Positions 35,055 through 45,156 are shown, numbered from the stretch's first letter. The stretch is 64,000 nucleotides of DNA from Bacillota bacterium (GCA_003524085.1 DOEC01000029.1:21819-85818), one strand, 5' to 3'. The notes: a model not told the origin generated them from the letters alone. Numbers and translations: made by a program.

Positions 35055-37253
35055 ATGAAGAAGTATTATAAATATATAGATGTTTTAAGAGTAATAGCGT
35101 GCTTATTTGTGCTTTTATATCATTTAGGCTTATCAAAGGGTGGTTATTTGGCTGTTTGCACTTTTTTTGTAATGAGTGGGTATTTTACTTGTAAGAGTTT
35201 ATTTAAAAATGAAAAAGTTTCTTTAAAGAAATATTATAAAGATAGGTTTTTTAAGATATATTTACCACTTTTCGTAGTTGTTTTATTAACAATTGGTGTG
35301 GTTAGTTTAATTCCTAATGTTTCATGGTTTAATTTAAAACCAGAAAGCACTAGTGCACTTTTAGGGTACAATAATATTTGGCAAGTTGGGGCTAGTTTAG
35401 ACTATTTTTCAAGACATATTAATTCACCATTTATGCATTTATGGTATATATCTATACTTCTTCAATTTGATTTAGTTTTTCCTTTTATATTTTTGATTCT
35501 TAAGAAATTAGGTGATAAATTAGGTAAGAGTACACCTGTTGTAATTACATTTTTAGTAAGTATTATTAGTACAGTATATTTTTATAAAGTTAGTTTAAAT
35601 GGAAGTACAATGGCTTTGTATTATGGAACTTTCACACGTATGTTTTCAATTTGGTTTGGCGTATTTTTGGGAATGGTACATCACTATTACAGACCTATTA
35701 TATTTAATAATAAGAAGTTAAGTAAGATAATATATTTTGTTTATTTAGTAATTTTAATTGGTATGTTTGTAACTGTAGGATATGACTCAAAGTATTTTAG
35801 TGTTGCAATGATTTTAGCAAGTCTAATTAGCATGAGATTAATTAGTTATGGTACAGTAGATGTAAATGTTAAAAATGAGACTAACTTCTTTGGATATGTT
35901 ATTAAGAAATTTAGTGATATAAGTTATTTAGTATATTTAGTACAATATCCTGTTATATATTTAATTCAGTACAGTGGGTTAGAAGGATTTAAAAAAGTAA
36001 GTTTAATCTTTGTTTTAGTTATAGTTATTTCTATAATTTTACATATTGCTTTAGATTTTAAGAGTTCTAAGTATAAAAAGATAAGATGTTTATTAGTTAT
36101 TTTAGTTGGATGTTTTATGATATATGGTGGGCTAAAATTTGCTGAAAGTAAAGATCATACTAGTGAAATGAAAGCATTGGAAAAAGAGTTAGAAGAAAAT
36201 AAAAAGTTAGTAAACGAAAATCAAGAGAATTATCAGAAAGAACTTGAAAAGGAAAGAGAAGATTTAGATAAAATATTAAGTGAACTTGATGTTGATAAAG
36301 ATAAGTTAATGGAAGTGATTAAGTCTTTTCCTATAATTGGAATAGGAGACTCAGTTATGCTGGGGGCTATAAACAACTTGTATGAAGCTTTTCCTAATGG
36401 ATACTTTGATGCTAAGGTGAGTAGGACTGACTATGAAGTGGATGATATATTAATAGATTTGAAGAAAAAGAATATGCTAGGGGAGCCTATCTTAATTCAT
36501 TTGGGTACTAATGGGGACTGCAGTAGAAGTTGTAAGTTACAGATTATGAAGTTAACTGAAGGACATGAGGTGTTCTGGATAAATACTACTAATTTAGATT
36601 ATGTTAATGAGAAATTGAAGAAGTATGAAAGTGAGTTTAGTAATTTACATATAATAGACTGGAAGAGTTTGAGTAAGGGGCATGATGAATACTTTTATAG
36701 TGATGGAATACATTTAAATCCAGTTGGTAGAAAAGCTTATACTGAAGTAATTTTGAATGAATTATATAATTATTATATGAATGAATATAAGAAGAAGCAA
36801 GATGAAGCTATTGGTAAGTATGAAGAAGAACAAAAAAGTAAGATTACATTTTATGGAGATACACTTTTACTTAGTGTTTTTCAAAATTTTAAGAGTGAGT
36901 TTAGTAAAAGTAATTTTATAACTAGAGATAAATTTAGTTATAGTGATTTAATGAGTTTAATAAGTGAAAGTATTGAAAAGAAAGAAATTACTAATCGTGT
37001 GGTATTAATGTTTGATGAAGATATTAAAGTAAGTGAATATAAAGAAATAGCTAAAATGTTAGAAGGAAAAGATTTATATGTAATAAGTGTTACCAATGAA
37101 ATTAGTGAGTTAAGTAAGTTAGAGAATGTTAAGGTAATTAAACTTGATGTTAAAAATAATAAAGATTATTTGATGGCGGATAATAAACATTTAAGTAAGA
37201 CTGGAAAAGATGAGCTAACTAAGTTAGTGAGCGAGGTAATTAATAATGAATGA
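35055..37253 (+). CDS. Acyltransferase-3 + SGNH O-acetyltransferase (OatA-like) with extra C-terminal domain
   Basis: The polytopic N-terminal half is acyltransferase_3-like. SGNH block I is GDSVMLG and block V is DGIHLN. A coiled-coil linker separates them, and about 140 extra C-terminal residues follow. Confidence 0.7.
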   Translation: MKKYYKYIDVLRVIACLFVLLYHLGLSKGGYLAVCTFFVMSGYFTCKSLFKNEKVSLKKYYKDRFFKIYLPLFVVVLLTIGVVSLIPNVSWFNLKPESTSALLGYNNIWQVGASLDYFSRHINSPFMHLWYISILLQFDLVFPFIFLILKKLGDKLGKSTPVVITFLVSIISTVYFYKVSLNGSTMALYYGTFTRMFSIWFGVFLGMVHHYYRPIIFNNKKLSKIIYFVYLVILIGMFVTVGYDSKYFSVAMILASLISMRLISYGTVDVNVKNETNFFGYVIKKFSDISYLVYLVQYPVIYLIQYSGLEGFKKVSLIFVLVIVISIILHIALDFKSSKYKKIRCLLVILVGCFMIYGGLKFAESKDHTSEMKALEKELEENKKLVNENQENYQKELEKEREDLDKILSELDVDKDKLMEVIKSFPIIGIGDSVMLGAINNLYEAFPNGYFDAKVSRTDYEVDDILIDLKKKNMLGEPILIHLGTNGDCSRSCKLQIMKLTEGHEVFWINTTNLDYVNEKLKKYESEFSNLHIIDWKSLSKGHDEYFYSDGIHLNPVGRKAYTEVILNELYNYYMNEYKKKQDEAIGKYEEEQKSKITFYGDTLLLSVFQNFKSEFSKSNFITRDKFSYSDLMSLISESIEKKEITNRVVLMFDEDIKVSEYKEIAKMLEGKDLYVISVTNEISELSKLENVKVIKLDVKNNKDYLMADNKHLSKTGKDELTKLVSEVINNE

Positions 37254-37725
37254 AGTAGTTAATGAGTTATTAAAACTAGGTAAGAAAGTAAGTACAATGG
37301 AGTCTTGTACTGGTGGATATATTGCTAATATTATTACTAATGTAGAGGGGTCAAGTGAAGTGTTTAACTTTGGGGCAGTGACTTATAGTAATTCATTTAA
37401 GGAAAAACTTGGAGTTAGCAGTGAAGTAATACTTAAGTATTCAGTATATAGTATGGAGACATCTATGGAAATGAGTAAAAATATTAGCTTGTATACTGGT
37501 GCTAATTATGGAATAGGTATAACTGGTAAGTTAAATCGTGTTGATAAAGAGAATTTATTTGGTAGTGATAATGTTGTATTTGTAAGTATATATGATAGGG
37601 ATAATAATGAGTACTTTAATAAAAGAATTGAAGTTGGTAAGAGTAGTCGAGTTGAAAATAAAGAATATATTGGAGAGATAGTTACAGAAATGATGTTATC
37701 AATATTAAAGTATGGAAAGCTTTAG
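37246..37725 (+). CDS. CinA C-terminal-domain protein (PncC-like NMN amidohydrolase)
   Basis: MESCTGGYIANIITNVEGSS motif. 159 aa. Confidence 0.75.
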   Translation: MNEVVNELLKLGKKVSTMESCTGGYIANIITNVEGSSEVFNFGAVTYSNSFKEKLGVSSEVILKYSVYSMETSMEMSKNISLYTGANYGIGITGKLNRVDKENLFGSDNVVFVSIYDRDNNEYFNKRIEVGKSSRVENKEYIGEIVTEMMLSILKYGKL

Positions 37726-37745
37726 TTTAATCTAAAGTTTTTTTG
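37720..37745 (+). terminator. Rho-independent terminator
   Basis: CTTTAG (37720-37725) / CTAAAG (37732-37737) followed by T7. Confidence 0.55.
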
Positions 37746-37746
37746 T

Positions 37747-37775
37747 TTGACATATTGTACCAAATATGGTATCAT
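37747..37775 (+). promoter_or_regulatory. Consensus sigma-A promoter of the HExxH/kinase-like operon
   Basis: TTGACA (37747-37752), a 17-nt spacer, then TATCAT (37770-37775). Confidence 0.6.
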
Positions 37776-37799
37776 ATATAACTAAAAGAAGGGGTACTT

Positions 37800-38642
37800 A
37801 TGGAATTAATTGATGAAGGATTATTTGATTATAGTGAAAGTGCTAATGAGTTAGGGAATTTGATAATTAAGTTTTCTAAGAATTTAAAAAGTAATCAGTC
37901 TTTTGAAAGTTATATAAGTTATGAAGAATTTGAGAATTTAATTAGAAGTTTTATTAATGATGTTATGTGTTATTATCTTAAAAGAATAAATGTATCTAGA
38001 GAAGTGCTAGTATTAGTTTTTGATTATTGGTTTTCAGGAGCATTTCTTGAAACTGGTAATGGAATAGTTATACAAAGTGAAATAATGGAAAGTATATATA
38101 AGGGTAACATTGAATATTTATCTGTTGTTTTTCATGAACTAGTACATTTTCAAGTGTATTGTGATATTAATTATAGGAAAATTGTTAATGAAGATACAGT
38201 TAGAATACTTAAAGAAAAATTGATTAGATTTTATGTTGTGGAGCATAACTTTGATGATAGTTATTATTATGGTAATTATCAATATTATTCAGAAGAAGTT
38301 TTTGCTAATAATGAAGCTATTAATCAGTTTGTTCAGTTTTTCTATTTAGTATTTAATTCTAAGATTAAAGATAAGAAAACTTTATATAATGATATGTTTG
38401 TATTAGAAGCTAGTTTAAGAGAAAATGCGCCTGATTATGAAGAGTTATATAAAAATAAAATGAGAAATTTTAAGAATGTAGGTTATTTTAATGATAATGT
38501 AATGAGCTTTGAAGATGCATTTGACTATTTAATTAAGTATAATCCTAGATGGTTAGAGTATTCACAGATAAGTTCCTTGTATGAATGTGTTCATGGGGAT
38601 ATTAGAAGAAAAGAAGAATATAGGAGAATATTATGCAGATAA
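37800..38642 (+). CDS. Hypothetical HExxH (zincin-like) protein
   Basis: 280 aa. HELVH lies at 38133-38147, with downstream Glu candidates. I recognised no family. RBS is GAAGGGG. Confidence 0.5.
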   Translation: MELIDEGLFDYSESANELGNLIIKFSKNLKSNQSFESYISYEEFENLIRSFINDVMCYYLKRINVSREVLVLVFDYWFSGAFLETGNGIVIQSEIMESIYKGNIEYLSVVFHELVHFQVYCDINYRKIVNEDTVRILKEKLIRFYVVEHNFDDSYYYGNYQYYSEEVFANNEAINQFVQFFYLVFNSKIKDKKTLYNDMFVLEASLRENAPDYEELYKNKMRNFKNVGYFNDNVMSFEDAFDYLIKYNPRWLEYSQISSLYECVHGDIRRKEEYRRILCR

Positions 38643-39340
38643 GTAGAAGACAGTTGGACAAATTATTATATAAGTTATCTTATTTGGGTGCAGGAAGTCA
38701 AGGAAGTTGCTATGTTGATAAGAGTAATGATTTAGTGTATAAAGTATTTCATACATACACAGAAAAAGAAAATTCAATGTATACTATGGGAGATATTCTT
38801 AAGTTTTCTGATGTTGTTAATGATACATATAAGTTTCCTAAAGATGTTATTATGGTAGATGGCATAGTTGAAGGATATACTTTAGAATATTTTAAGGGGC
38901 ATGATTTGTGTCAGATGAACCCCTTTAGAATTGATTTAGATAATTTTGAGAATTTGATATCTAAAGTTTATAAAGATATTAAAATTATTAGTGATAAAGG
39001 TGTTTGTACTTATGATGTTTTATATAATATAATGTATTCTAAAGATGCACTAGCTATAGTAGATACACTAGAGTACTCTAAAAATAGTGATGTTTATGTA
39101 GATAATAGATATAACTTTGATATTGGAATAAATAGTTTTTTAGTTGATAGTTTTTTTAATCATTTTGTTCTTAGTGACACTATGCTTAAAGAGATGTATA
39201 TTAGTAAAGATGTTAGTTCTTTAGAGTTTTTAAAAATGTTTAGAACTAAGATAAGTGAGTACTTAGGGCATGAAATTACTTATTTAGAGGAAGCTAAGTG
39301 TTTAGTTAGAAGAACTTATCCTGACTATATAAGAGGGTAA
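38633..39340 (+). CDS. Hypothetical minimal protein-kinase-like fold protein
   Basis: 235 aa with a Gly-rich loop LGAGSQGSCY, a VYKVF Lys, a YDVLYNIM catalytic-loop-like segment and an IVDT metal-loop-like segment. Overlaps the upstream gene by 10 nt. Confidence 0.45.
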   Translation: MQISRRQLDKLLYKLSYLGAGSQGSCYVDKSNDLVYKVFHTYTEKENSMYTMGDILKFSDVVNDTYKFPKDVIMVDGIVEGYTLEYFKGHDLCQMNPFRIDLDNFENLISKVYKDIKIISDKGVCTYDVLYNIMYSKDALAIVDTLEYSKNSDVYVDNRYNFDIGINSFLVDSFFNHFVLSDTMLKEMYISKDVSSLEFLKMFRTKISEYLGHEITYLEEAKCLVRRTYPDYIRG

Positions 39341-39408
39341 AATATTAAATTTATACTTTAGAAATAGTAAAATATGTGGTAAAATGTAATAGTAAGGGAA
39401 GTGAGATA

Positions 39409-39963
39409 ATGGATATTATTTTATATGTATCTGGTGTTTTAGTACTTATTGTTAGTATTACGCTTATATTTTTTATTAGTAAAGGGGAAAGAGTTGTTAA
39501 TTTAGTTTATAAATTTAATATGTGTGAAAAAGAGATAATAGAGTTTTTAAACAATAAAGAAAGTTTAATTTTAAGAGTTATTGGTATTATTGAAAGAGAG
39601 TTAAAAAGTGAATTTAAGGTATTTGAAGATGTTAAGAACATTAAAGTAAGCAAGCCTAGTCCTTATGAAAAAGATAAGCTTTTAACTAGTGCATTTGAAG
39701 AAATTACTAAGATATATACTGATAATCCTAACCTTAAAGAGATTAAGAGTTTTGATGGTATTATTAAAGATATAAATAAGAATGAAATTAAATTAATATC
39801 GCTTAGAACTCTATATAATAAATGTGCGATGGAATTTAATAGTATATGTAATAAGTTTCCTTATAAAGTGATATGTAAGTTTAAGAAATTTAAAGAGAGA
39901 ACTTTATATGAAGGAAAAGAATTAAATGATGAAATAGAAAAAGAATTAAATTTTGTAGTTTAA
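39409..39963 (+). CDS. LemA-family membrane-anchored protein
   Basis: N-terminal TM, with a C-terminal Y N..a.eFN......FP...i...f.f pattern. ATG 39409 with RBS AAGGGAAG. Confidence 0.55.
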   Translation: MDIILYVSGVLVLIVSITLIFFISKGERVVNLVYKFNMCEKEIIEFLNNKESLILRVIGIIERELKSEFKVFEDVKNIKVSKPSPYEKDKLLTSAFEEITKIYTDNPNLKEIKSFDGIIKDINKNEIKLISLRTLYNKCAMEFNSICNKFPYKVICKFKKFKERTLYEGKELNDEIEKELNFVV

Positions 39964-40631
39964 TTCTTTTTGTTTAAGTCCCAATTTATTTCTGGAATAT
40001 TGTTTTGTTTTAAAAAGTTATTAGTTCTTGAAAATGGTTTGCTACCAAAGAAACCGTTGTATGCTGAGAATGGACTAGGGTGTGGACTTTCAATTATTAA
40101 GTGTTTTTTGTTTGTGATAAAAGCTTTTTTACTTCTTGCAAAGTTACCCCAAAGTATAAAGACTACTGGTGTTTGTTTCATGTTTATAAGTTTTATTATA
40201 TGGTCTGTTAGTAAGTTCCAACCTAAGTCTTTATGGGAAGCTGCTTTATCTTTTTCTACAGTTAGAACACTGTTAAGTAAAAGTACTCCTTGTTTAGCCC
40301 ATGCAGTTAAGTCACCACTAATTGGTTCAGCGTAACCTAAGTCATTATTTAATTCTTTAAATATATTTTTTAATGAAGGGGGTTTTGGAGTGCCATCAAG
40401 AACAGAGAAAGACAAACCATGTGCTTCACCTGTCCCGTGATAAGGATCTTGGCCTAGGATTACAACTTTAATATTTTCGTATGGAGTTAATTTAAGTGCA
40501 TTAAAAATGTTATCGTATTCAGGAAAACAAGTGCTTTCTTCATATTTACTTTTAATCATTTCCATAAATTTTTTAAAACCAGTGCTGTTTAAAACACTAG
40601 ATAGTACTATATCCCAGTCATTATTAATCAT
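39960..40631 (-). CDS. ung: Uracil-DNA glycosylase
   Basis: GQDPYH and HPSPFSA motifs. Confidence 0.92.
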   Translation of the reverse strand: MINNDWDIVLSSVLNSTGFKKFMEMIKSKYEESTCFPEYDNIFNALKLTPYENIKVVILGQDPYHGTGEAHGLSFSVLDGTPKPPSLKNIFKELNNDLGYAEPISGDLTAWAKQGVLLLNSVLTVEKDKAASHKDLGWNLLTDHIIKLINMKQTPVVFILWGNFARSKKAFITNKKHLIIESPHPSPFSAYNGFFGSKPFSRTNNFLKQNNIPEINWDLNKKN

Positions 40632-40654
40632 TTAACTTCACCACATTAATTTTA

Positions 40655-41920
40655 TCACACAAAGTCATTTAAGTCACTTAATTTGTGGATAATTATTAAA
40701 TTTAGAGATATTAGTACAAACATCATTATATCAATGAATTTCCATATTAAAGTAGTGTCTATATATACTCCTAGAATTAAAGAAGATAAAATAAAAATTT
40801 TAGTAATATTAATAATTAATTTGTTTTTAGTTAGATGTGTTATATTTGATAAACCTATATATATTCCTGAAATAATACTAGAAGACGCTAGAAGTGTGAT
40901 AATTAAGGCTAAAAAATCGTTACCAAAGTTTTGGTAGTGGAAATAAAATACGTGTTTTAATAGTGAAATGTAAGAAGTGTCATGTATACCGAACTTGTAG
41001 ATATAAATTAAATTAAGTAAAGCAATTAGTGTAGAAATTACAAATACTATAAAGTAAGAACCTAATACCAAAGTATTTGCAGTTATATATGCATTTTTAT
41101 TTCCGACAGCACTAGACATACTAGTGGTACCTATTAATAGTTCATTTAAAAATATACTTCTTTTTATGCCAATTACTAGACCTATAGTTATGCTTTTTAA
41201 TGTGAATAAGTCTTTAAAAATAAGTTTGATAATGTTAGGTAGTAAGGCTATGTTTTTTAAAATTGTGTATAAAGAAATTGATATAAAGAATACAGTGATT
41301 ATTGGTACTAGTTTGTTTAGTATTTTTCTTATTTCGTCAACGTTGTTAGTTATTAACAAAGTAACTAGAATTATTAAAATTAAAGTGAATAACTTCTTAT
41401 TTATTAACAATGTATTTATTATTGTGTTTGTTTGTATCATTAAAAAGAATATACTATATGTAGTTATGAAGATTATTAACATAAGTGTAGCTAATTTTTT
41501 ATTTTTTAGACCTTGTTTTGTATAGTAATATATTCCGCCTATGTAACTAGTCATGGTTTTTTCTTTGTATTTGCTACCTAAATAACTTTCTACATAGATT
41601 AAACTTGAAGAAATGATAGTAAATAAGTATATCCATATAATGGTGGAAGGGCCACCTATATAAATAGAAAGAGTTGTCCCAATAATCGTGCCTACACCCA
41701 TTTTAGTTCCTAGTGCTAAAAAAAGACTTTCTTTGTTTATTCCACTTGTCAAATTTTTAAAATTGTAATTTTTAAAATTAATTTTTTTTGAAAAATATAT
41801 ACCAGAAAAGATAATAGTAATTATTAATATAAACCATATTTTATCTAACATATTAAAGTATATTCTTTTTTTTGTAAAAATATGTGTCAATTTATGGCTT
41901 AGTTTGTCGAAAAATGCCAA
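40655..41920 (-). CDS. Alanine/glycine:cation symporter (AGCS) family transporter
   Basis: Polytopic membrane protein. GVGTIIGT..SIYIGGPSTIIWIYL resembles the AGCS signature. ATG 41851 is an alternative start. Confidence 0.55.
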   Translation of the reverse strand: MAFFDKLSHKLTHIFTKKRIYFNMLDKIWFILIITIIFSGIYFSKKINFKNYNFKNLTSGINKESLFLALGTKMGVGTIIGTTLSIYIGGPSTIIWIYLFTIISSSLIYVESYLGSKYKEKTMTSYIGGIYYYTKQGLKNKKLATLMLIIFITTYSIFFLMIQTNTIINTLLINKKLFTLILIILVTLLITNNVDEIRKILNKLVPIITVFFISISLYTILKNIALLPNIIKLIFKDLFTLKSITIGLVIGIKRSIFLNELLIGTTSMSSAVGNKNAYITANTLVLGSYFIVFVISTLIALLNLIYIYKFGIHDTSYISLLKHVFYFHYQNFGNDFLALIITLLASSSIISGIYIGLSNITHLTKNKLIINITKIFILSSLILGVYIDTTLIWKFIDIMMFVLISLNLIIIHKLSDLNDFV

Positions 41921-41960
41921 AGTTGTAATAATTTATGATAAACTAGTATCAGTGATAATT

Positions 41961-42131
41961 ATGAAAATATGTGAAACTAAGAATAATGCAGTAAAAAGAG
42001 CAGTAAAATGTGTTTTGTGGTGCTTGTTAGTAGTTTTGTATTTTGTTTATACTGGAATTGATGAGTTTTACGAAATAGTTATTCCAGTATGTATTACAGC
42101 TTTAATAATTAAGTTTTATTTAGTTGATTAG
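41961..42131 (+). CDS. Possible small 2-TM membrane protein
   Basis: 56 aa counted from ATG 41961, sitting immediately upstream of tatD. The longer track ORF starts inside the divergent promoter region. Confidence 0.3.
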   Translation: MKICETKNNAVKRAVKCVLWCLLVVLYFVYTGIDEFYEIVIPVCITALIIKFYLVD

Positions 42132-42143
42132 TAGGTGAAGTTT

Positions 42144-42887
42144 ATGTTTATCGATACACATGCTCATATACCTTTTGAAAAAAGTGAGAGTTTTGTTAAG
42201 AATGCAAAAGAAGCAAATGTTAATATAATTGTTAATGCAAGTGAAGACTTGAAAACAAGTATAACAAGTGTAGAGTTGTCTAAATTATATGATGGAGTTT
42301 ATGCATGTATTGGAGTACATCCAGAACACGCGAAAGATTTTAATTTTAGTGAAATGAATAAGTTTAGAGAACTAATTAAAAATGAAAAAGTGGTAGCTAT
42401 TGGTGAAATTGGGCTAGACTACTATTATGGAAAAGATGATATGGAAAGTCAAAAACGAGTTTTTAGGGCTTTTCTAGAACTCGCAAAAGAAGTTAATAAA
42501 CCTGTAGTTATCCACACAAGAGATGCTGTGATGGATACAATTAACACTTTAAAAGAATACAATTTAAAAGGAATTATACATTGTTTTAGTTCTTCTAAAG
42601 AAGTGGGAATGGAATACATAAAATTAGGTTATAAACTAGGCATAGGTGGGGTATTAACTTTTAAGAACTCTAACTTAAGGAATACTGTTAAAAGTTTAGG
42701 ACTAGAGAATTTAGTTTTAGAAACTGATTCACCTTTTTTGAGTCCAGAACCTTATAGGGGAAAAGAGAATGAAAGCAAGAATATTCCTATAATTGCTAAA
42801 GTGCTTGCTGATAGTTTAGGCCAAGACTTATTTAGGGTGGAAGAAGTTACAACTAATAATGCAATAGACATTTTTGACATACACTAG
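42144..42887 (+). CDS. tatD: TatD-family metal-dependent DNase
   Basis: DTHAH and GEIGLDYYY motifs. ATG 42144 follows RBS AGGTGAAG. Confidence 0.88.
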   Translation: MFIDTHAHIPFEKSESFVKNAKEANVNIIVNASEDLKTSITSVELSKLYDGVYACIGVHPEHAKDFNFSEMNKFRELIKNEKVVAIGEIGLDYYYGKDDMESQKRVFRAFLELAKEVNKPVVIHTRDAVMDTINTLKEYNLKGIIHCFSSSKEVGMEYIKLGYKLGIGGVLTFKNSNLRNTVKSLGLENLVLETDSPFLSPEPYRGKENESKNIPIIAKVLADSLGQDLFRVEEVTTNNAIDIFDIH

Positions 42888-42925
42888 ATTATTTGATATA
42901 ATTATTCATGTAGGAGAGTGTAAAA

Positions 42926-43546
42926 GTGAAAAAATATAAACCTAAAAAATGGTTTACATATACAAGATTAGTAATTGTTTTTGCAGTAGTTTTTTTGCTT
43001 GGTAGAACAACTAATGTTATGTACGATGTAATTACTGTAGAGAATACAAATGAACTAAAGAGTTTAAGTCAGAATGTTATTTCTGAAAATAAAGAAGAGA
43101 TATATACAACTGAAAATCCGGTTTTAACTAAGTATTTAAGTTTACCTGAAAAAGGTTTTATTCTAAGTGCTGATAATAAGGAATATGAGTTATATGGGCT
43201 TGATTATGACAAGTTTGTAGCTGTTGTTGCAAGTGAAAGTAGAGCTAATAAAGATGATGTTTTAGCTGTTGTTAGTGTTATTTTAAATAGAAGTGACAGC
43301 AGTGGTAAAACTCCACTTCAAGTAGTTACTGCACCTGGACAATTTACTGGATATTTAGATGGACATTATTTGAAGTTTTTAAATGCAGATGGAACACTTA
43401 ATGTTAAGAGTGTTGGTGTTGTTAAAGAAGTAGTGGATGATGCTTTAAATGGTGTAAGAAACTGTAATTATTATAGTTTTAGAAGCAATTGGGTAACTAG
43501 TTTTAGTGACAATCAAATCGCTTATAAGGGTAATAGGTTTAAATAA
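42926..43546 (+). CDS. Cell-wall hydrolase, SleB-type (Hydrolase_2) domain, membrane anchored
   Basis: VASESRAN...VVSVILNR......TPLQVVTAPGQFTGY motif. Confidence 0.65.
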   Translation: MKKYKPKKWFTYTRLVIVFAVVFLLGRTTNVMYDVITVENTNELKSLSQNVISENKEEIYTTENPVLTKYLSLPEKGFILSADNKEYELYGLDYDKFVAVVASESRANKDDVLAVVSVILNRSDSSGKTPLQVVTAPGQFTGYLDGHYLKFLNADGTLNVKSVGVVKEVVDDALNGVRNCNYYSFRSNWVTSFSDNQIAYKGNRFK

Positions 43547-44328
43547 TGGATAATTTTAATTTTAAGAAGAGTTTAGGTCAAAATTTTTTGATAGATAATA
43601 ATATTAGAGAAAAGATAGTTTCTTCAGCTAGTATTGAAGATAATTCTTTAATAATAGAAGTAGGACCAGGCAATGGGTCAATTACTAAGTTACTTGTTAA
43701 ACTTGGAGTAGAAGTTATTGCTTTTGAAATTGATACAAGACTTAAGGATGAACTTGATAAGATAGAAAGTGATAATTTAACAGTAATTTACGATGATTTT
43801 TTAAGTGTTGATTTAAAGGAAGTTTTATCTAAATATAAGGGTAAGAAACTTCATTTAATAGCGAATTTACCATATTATATAACTACGCCTATAATTACTA
43901 AAGTTATTAATGAGACAGATGTAAGTGAAATGATTATAATGGTTCAGAAGGAAGTGGGAGATAGATTTAAAAGTATGCCTGGAAGTAAAGACTATAATAG
44001 TTTAAGTGTTTATTTACAATATTACTTTGATATTGAAAAAGTTTGCTTAGTTAGTAAGTCTTGTTTTGTTCCTAAACCTAATGTTGATAGTATAGTTGTT
44101 AAGTTTACTAGAAAGAAAGAATTGTTAAAATTAAAAGATAAGGAGTTGTTTTTTAAATTTGTAAGGGATGCATTTAAACAGAAGAGAAAGAATTTAAGAA
44201 ATAATTTAAAAGAATATGATTTAGAAAAAGTAGAAGAGTCTTTAAATAAAATAGGTAAAGATTTAACTTATAGAGCAGAACAGTTAAGTTTAGAAGATTT
44301 CGTTAGTGTTTTTAATGAGATATGTTAA
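43546..44328 (+). CDS. rsmA: 16S rRNA (adenine1518/1519-N6)-dimethyltransferase
   Basis: LGQNFL, EVGPGNGSIT and NLPYYITTP motifs. Confidence 0.92.
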   Translation: MDNFNFKKSLGQNFLIDNNIREKIVSSASIEDNSLIIEVGPGNGSITKLLVKLGVEVIAFEIDTRLKDELDKIESDNLTVIYDDFLSVDLKEVLSKYKGKKLHLIANLPYYITTPIITKVINETDVSEMIIMVQKEVGDRFKSMPGSKDYNSLSVYLQYYFDIEKVCLVSKSCFVPKPNVDSIVVKFTRKKELLKLKDKELFFKFVRDAFKQKRKNLRNNLKEYDLEKVEESLNKIGKDLTYRAEQLSLEDFVSVFNEIC

Positions 44329-44403
44329 AAAATTCACTTTTAATTAAGTGATTTTTTTTGTTATTAAATTAATAATTATGCATATATTTTTTTAGGGGGT
44401 ATT

Positions 44404-45156
44404 ATGATAAAATTAGGAGATTATGTTAGTAGGAAGAGTTATAATAATGATGTTATTTTTGAGGTTATTGGAATAGAAAAGGATATTTGTAAATTAAGGG
44501 GAATTGATTATAGGTTACTAGCTGACGCGCCTATAAGTGATTTGGTTACTTGTGAAAGGGGAAAGTGTGATGATTTTTTTCCTTCTTTAGATAATAATTT
44601 AGATAGAGACGAGTTTTTTTATATGCCTGGAAAAATATTACATATTGATGGGGACAAGTCTTATTTGAGTAGGTGTATGGATTTTTATAAGAAGAATAAT
44701 GTTAAAGCAGTTGGAAAGAGTGTTAAGGAAAGTGAGATGAGTGCAGAAGTTAGGAAGTTTTTAAATGAAGTAAACCCTGATATTCTTGTTATAACTGGGC
44801 ATGATGCGTTTTTGAAGAAAGGTGTTTATAAGAATAGTAATAATTTTTGTAAGACTGTAAATGAGGCTAGAAAGTACGAGAAGTCTAGTGATAAACTTAT
44901 TATAATTGCAGGTGCATGTCAGAGTGATTATGAATCTCTTTTAAAGAGTGGGGCTACGTTTGCAAGTAGTCCTAAAAGAATTAATATTCATGCTCTAGAT
45001 CCAGCTATTATTGCGACTAGCCTTAGTTTACTTGATAGAAATAAGAATTGTGATTTAAAGAGTTTACTTGGGAAAACTAAGTATGGAAAAGATGGTATAG
45101 GTGGACTTATAAGTAAAGGAACTATGTATACAGGGTATCCTAGGAGTGAAGCATGA
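44404..45156 (+). CDS. yabG: Sporulation-specific protease YabG
   Basis: ILHIDGD...LVITGHD pattern, and the ksgA-yabG-veg synteny seen in B. subtilis. Confidence 0.7.
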   Translation: MIKLGDYVSRKSYNNDVIFEVIGIEKDICKLRGIDYRLLADAPISDLVTCERGKCDDFFPSLDNNLDRDEFFYMPGKILHIDGDKSYLSRCMDFYKKNNVKAVGKSVKESEMSAEVRKFLNEVNPDILVITGHDAFLKKGVYKNSNNFCKTVNEARKYEKSSDKLIIIAGACQSDYESLLKSGATFASSPKRINIHALDPAIIATSLSLLDRNKNCDLKSLLGKTKYGKDGIGGLISKGTMYTGYPRSEA

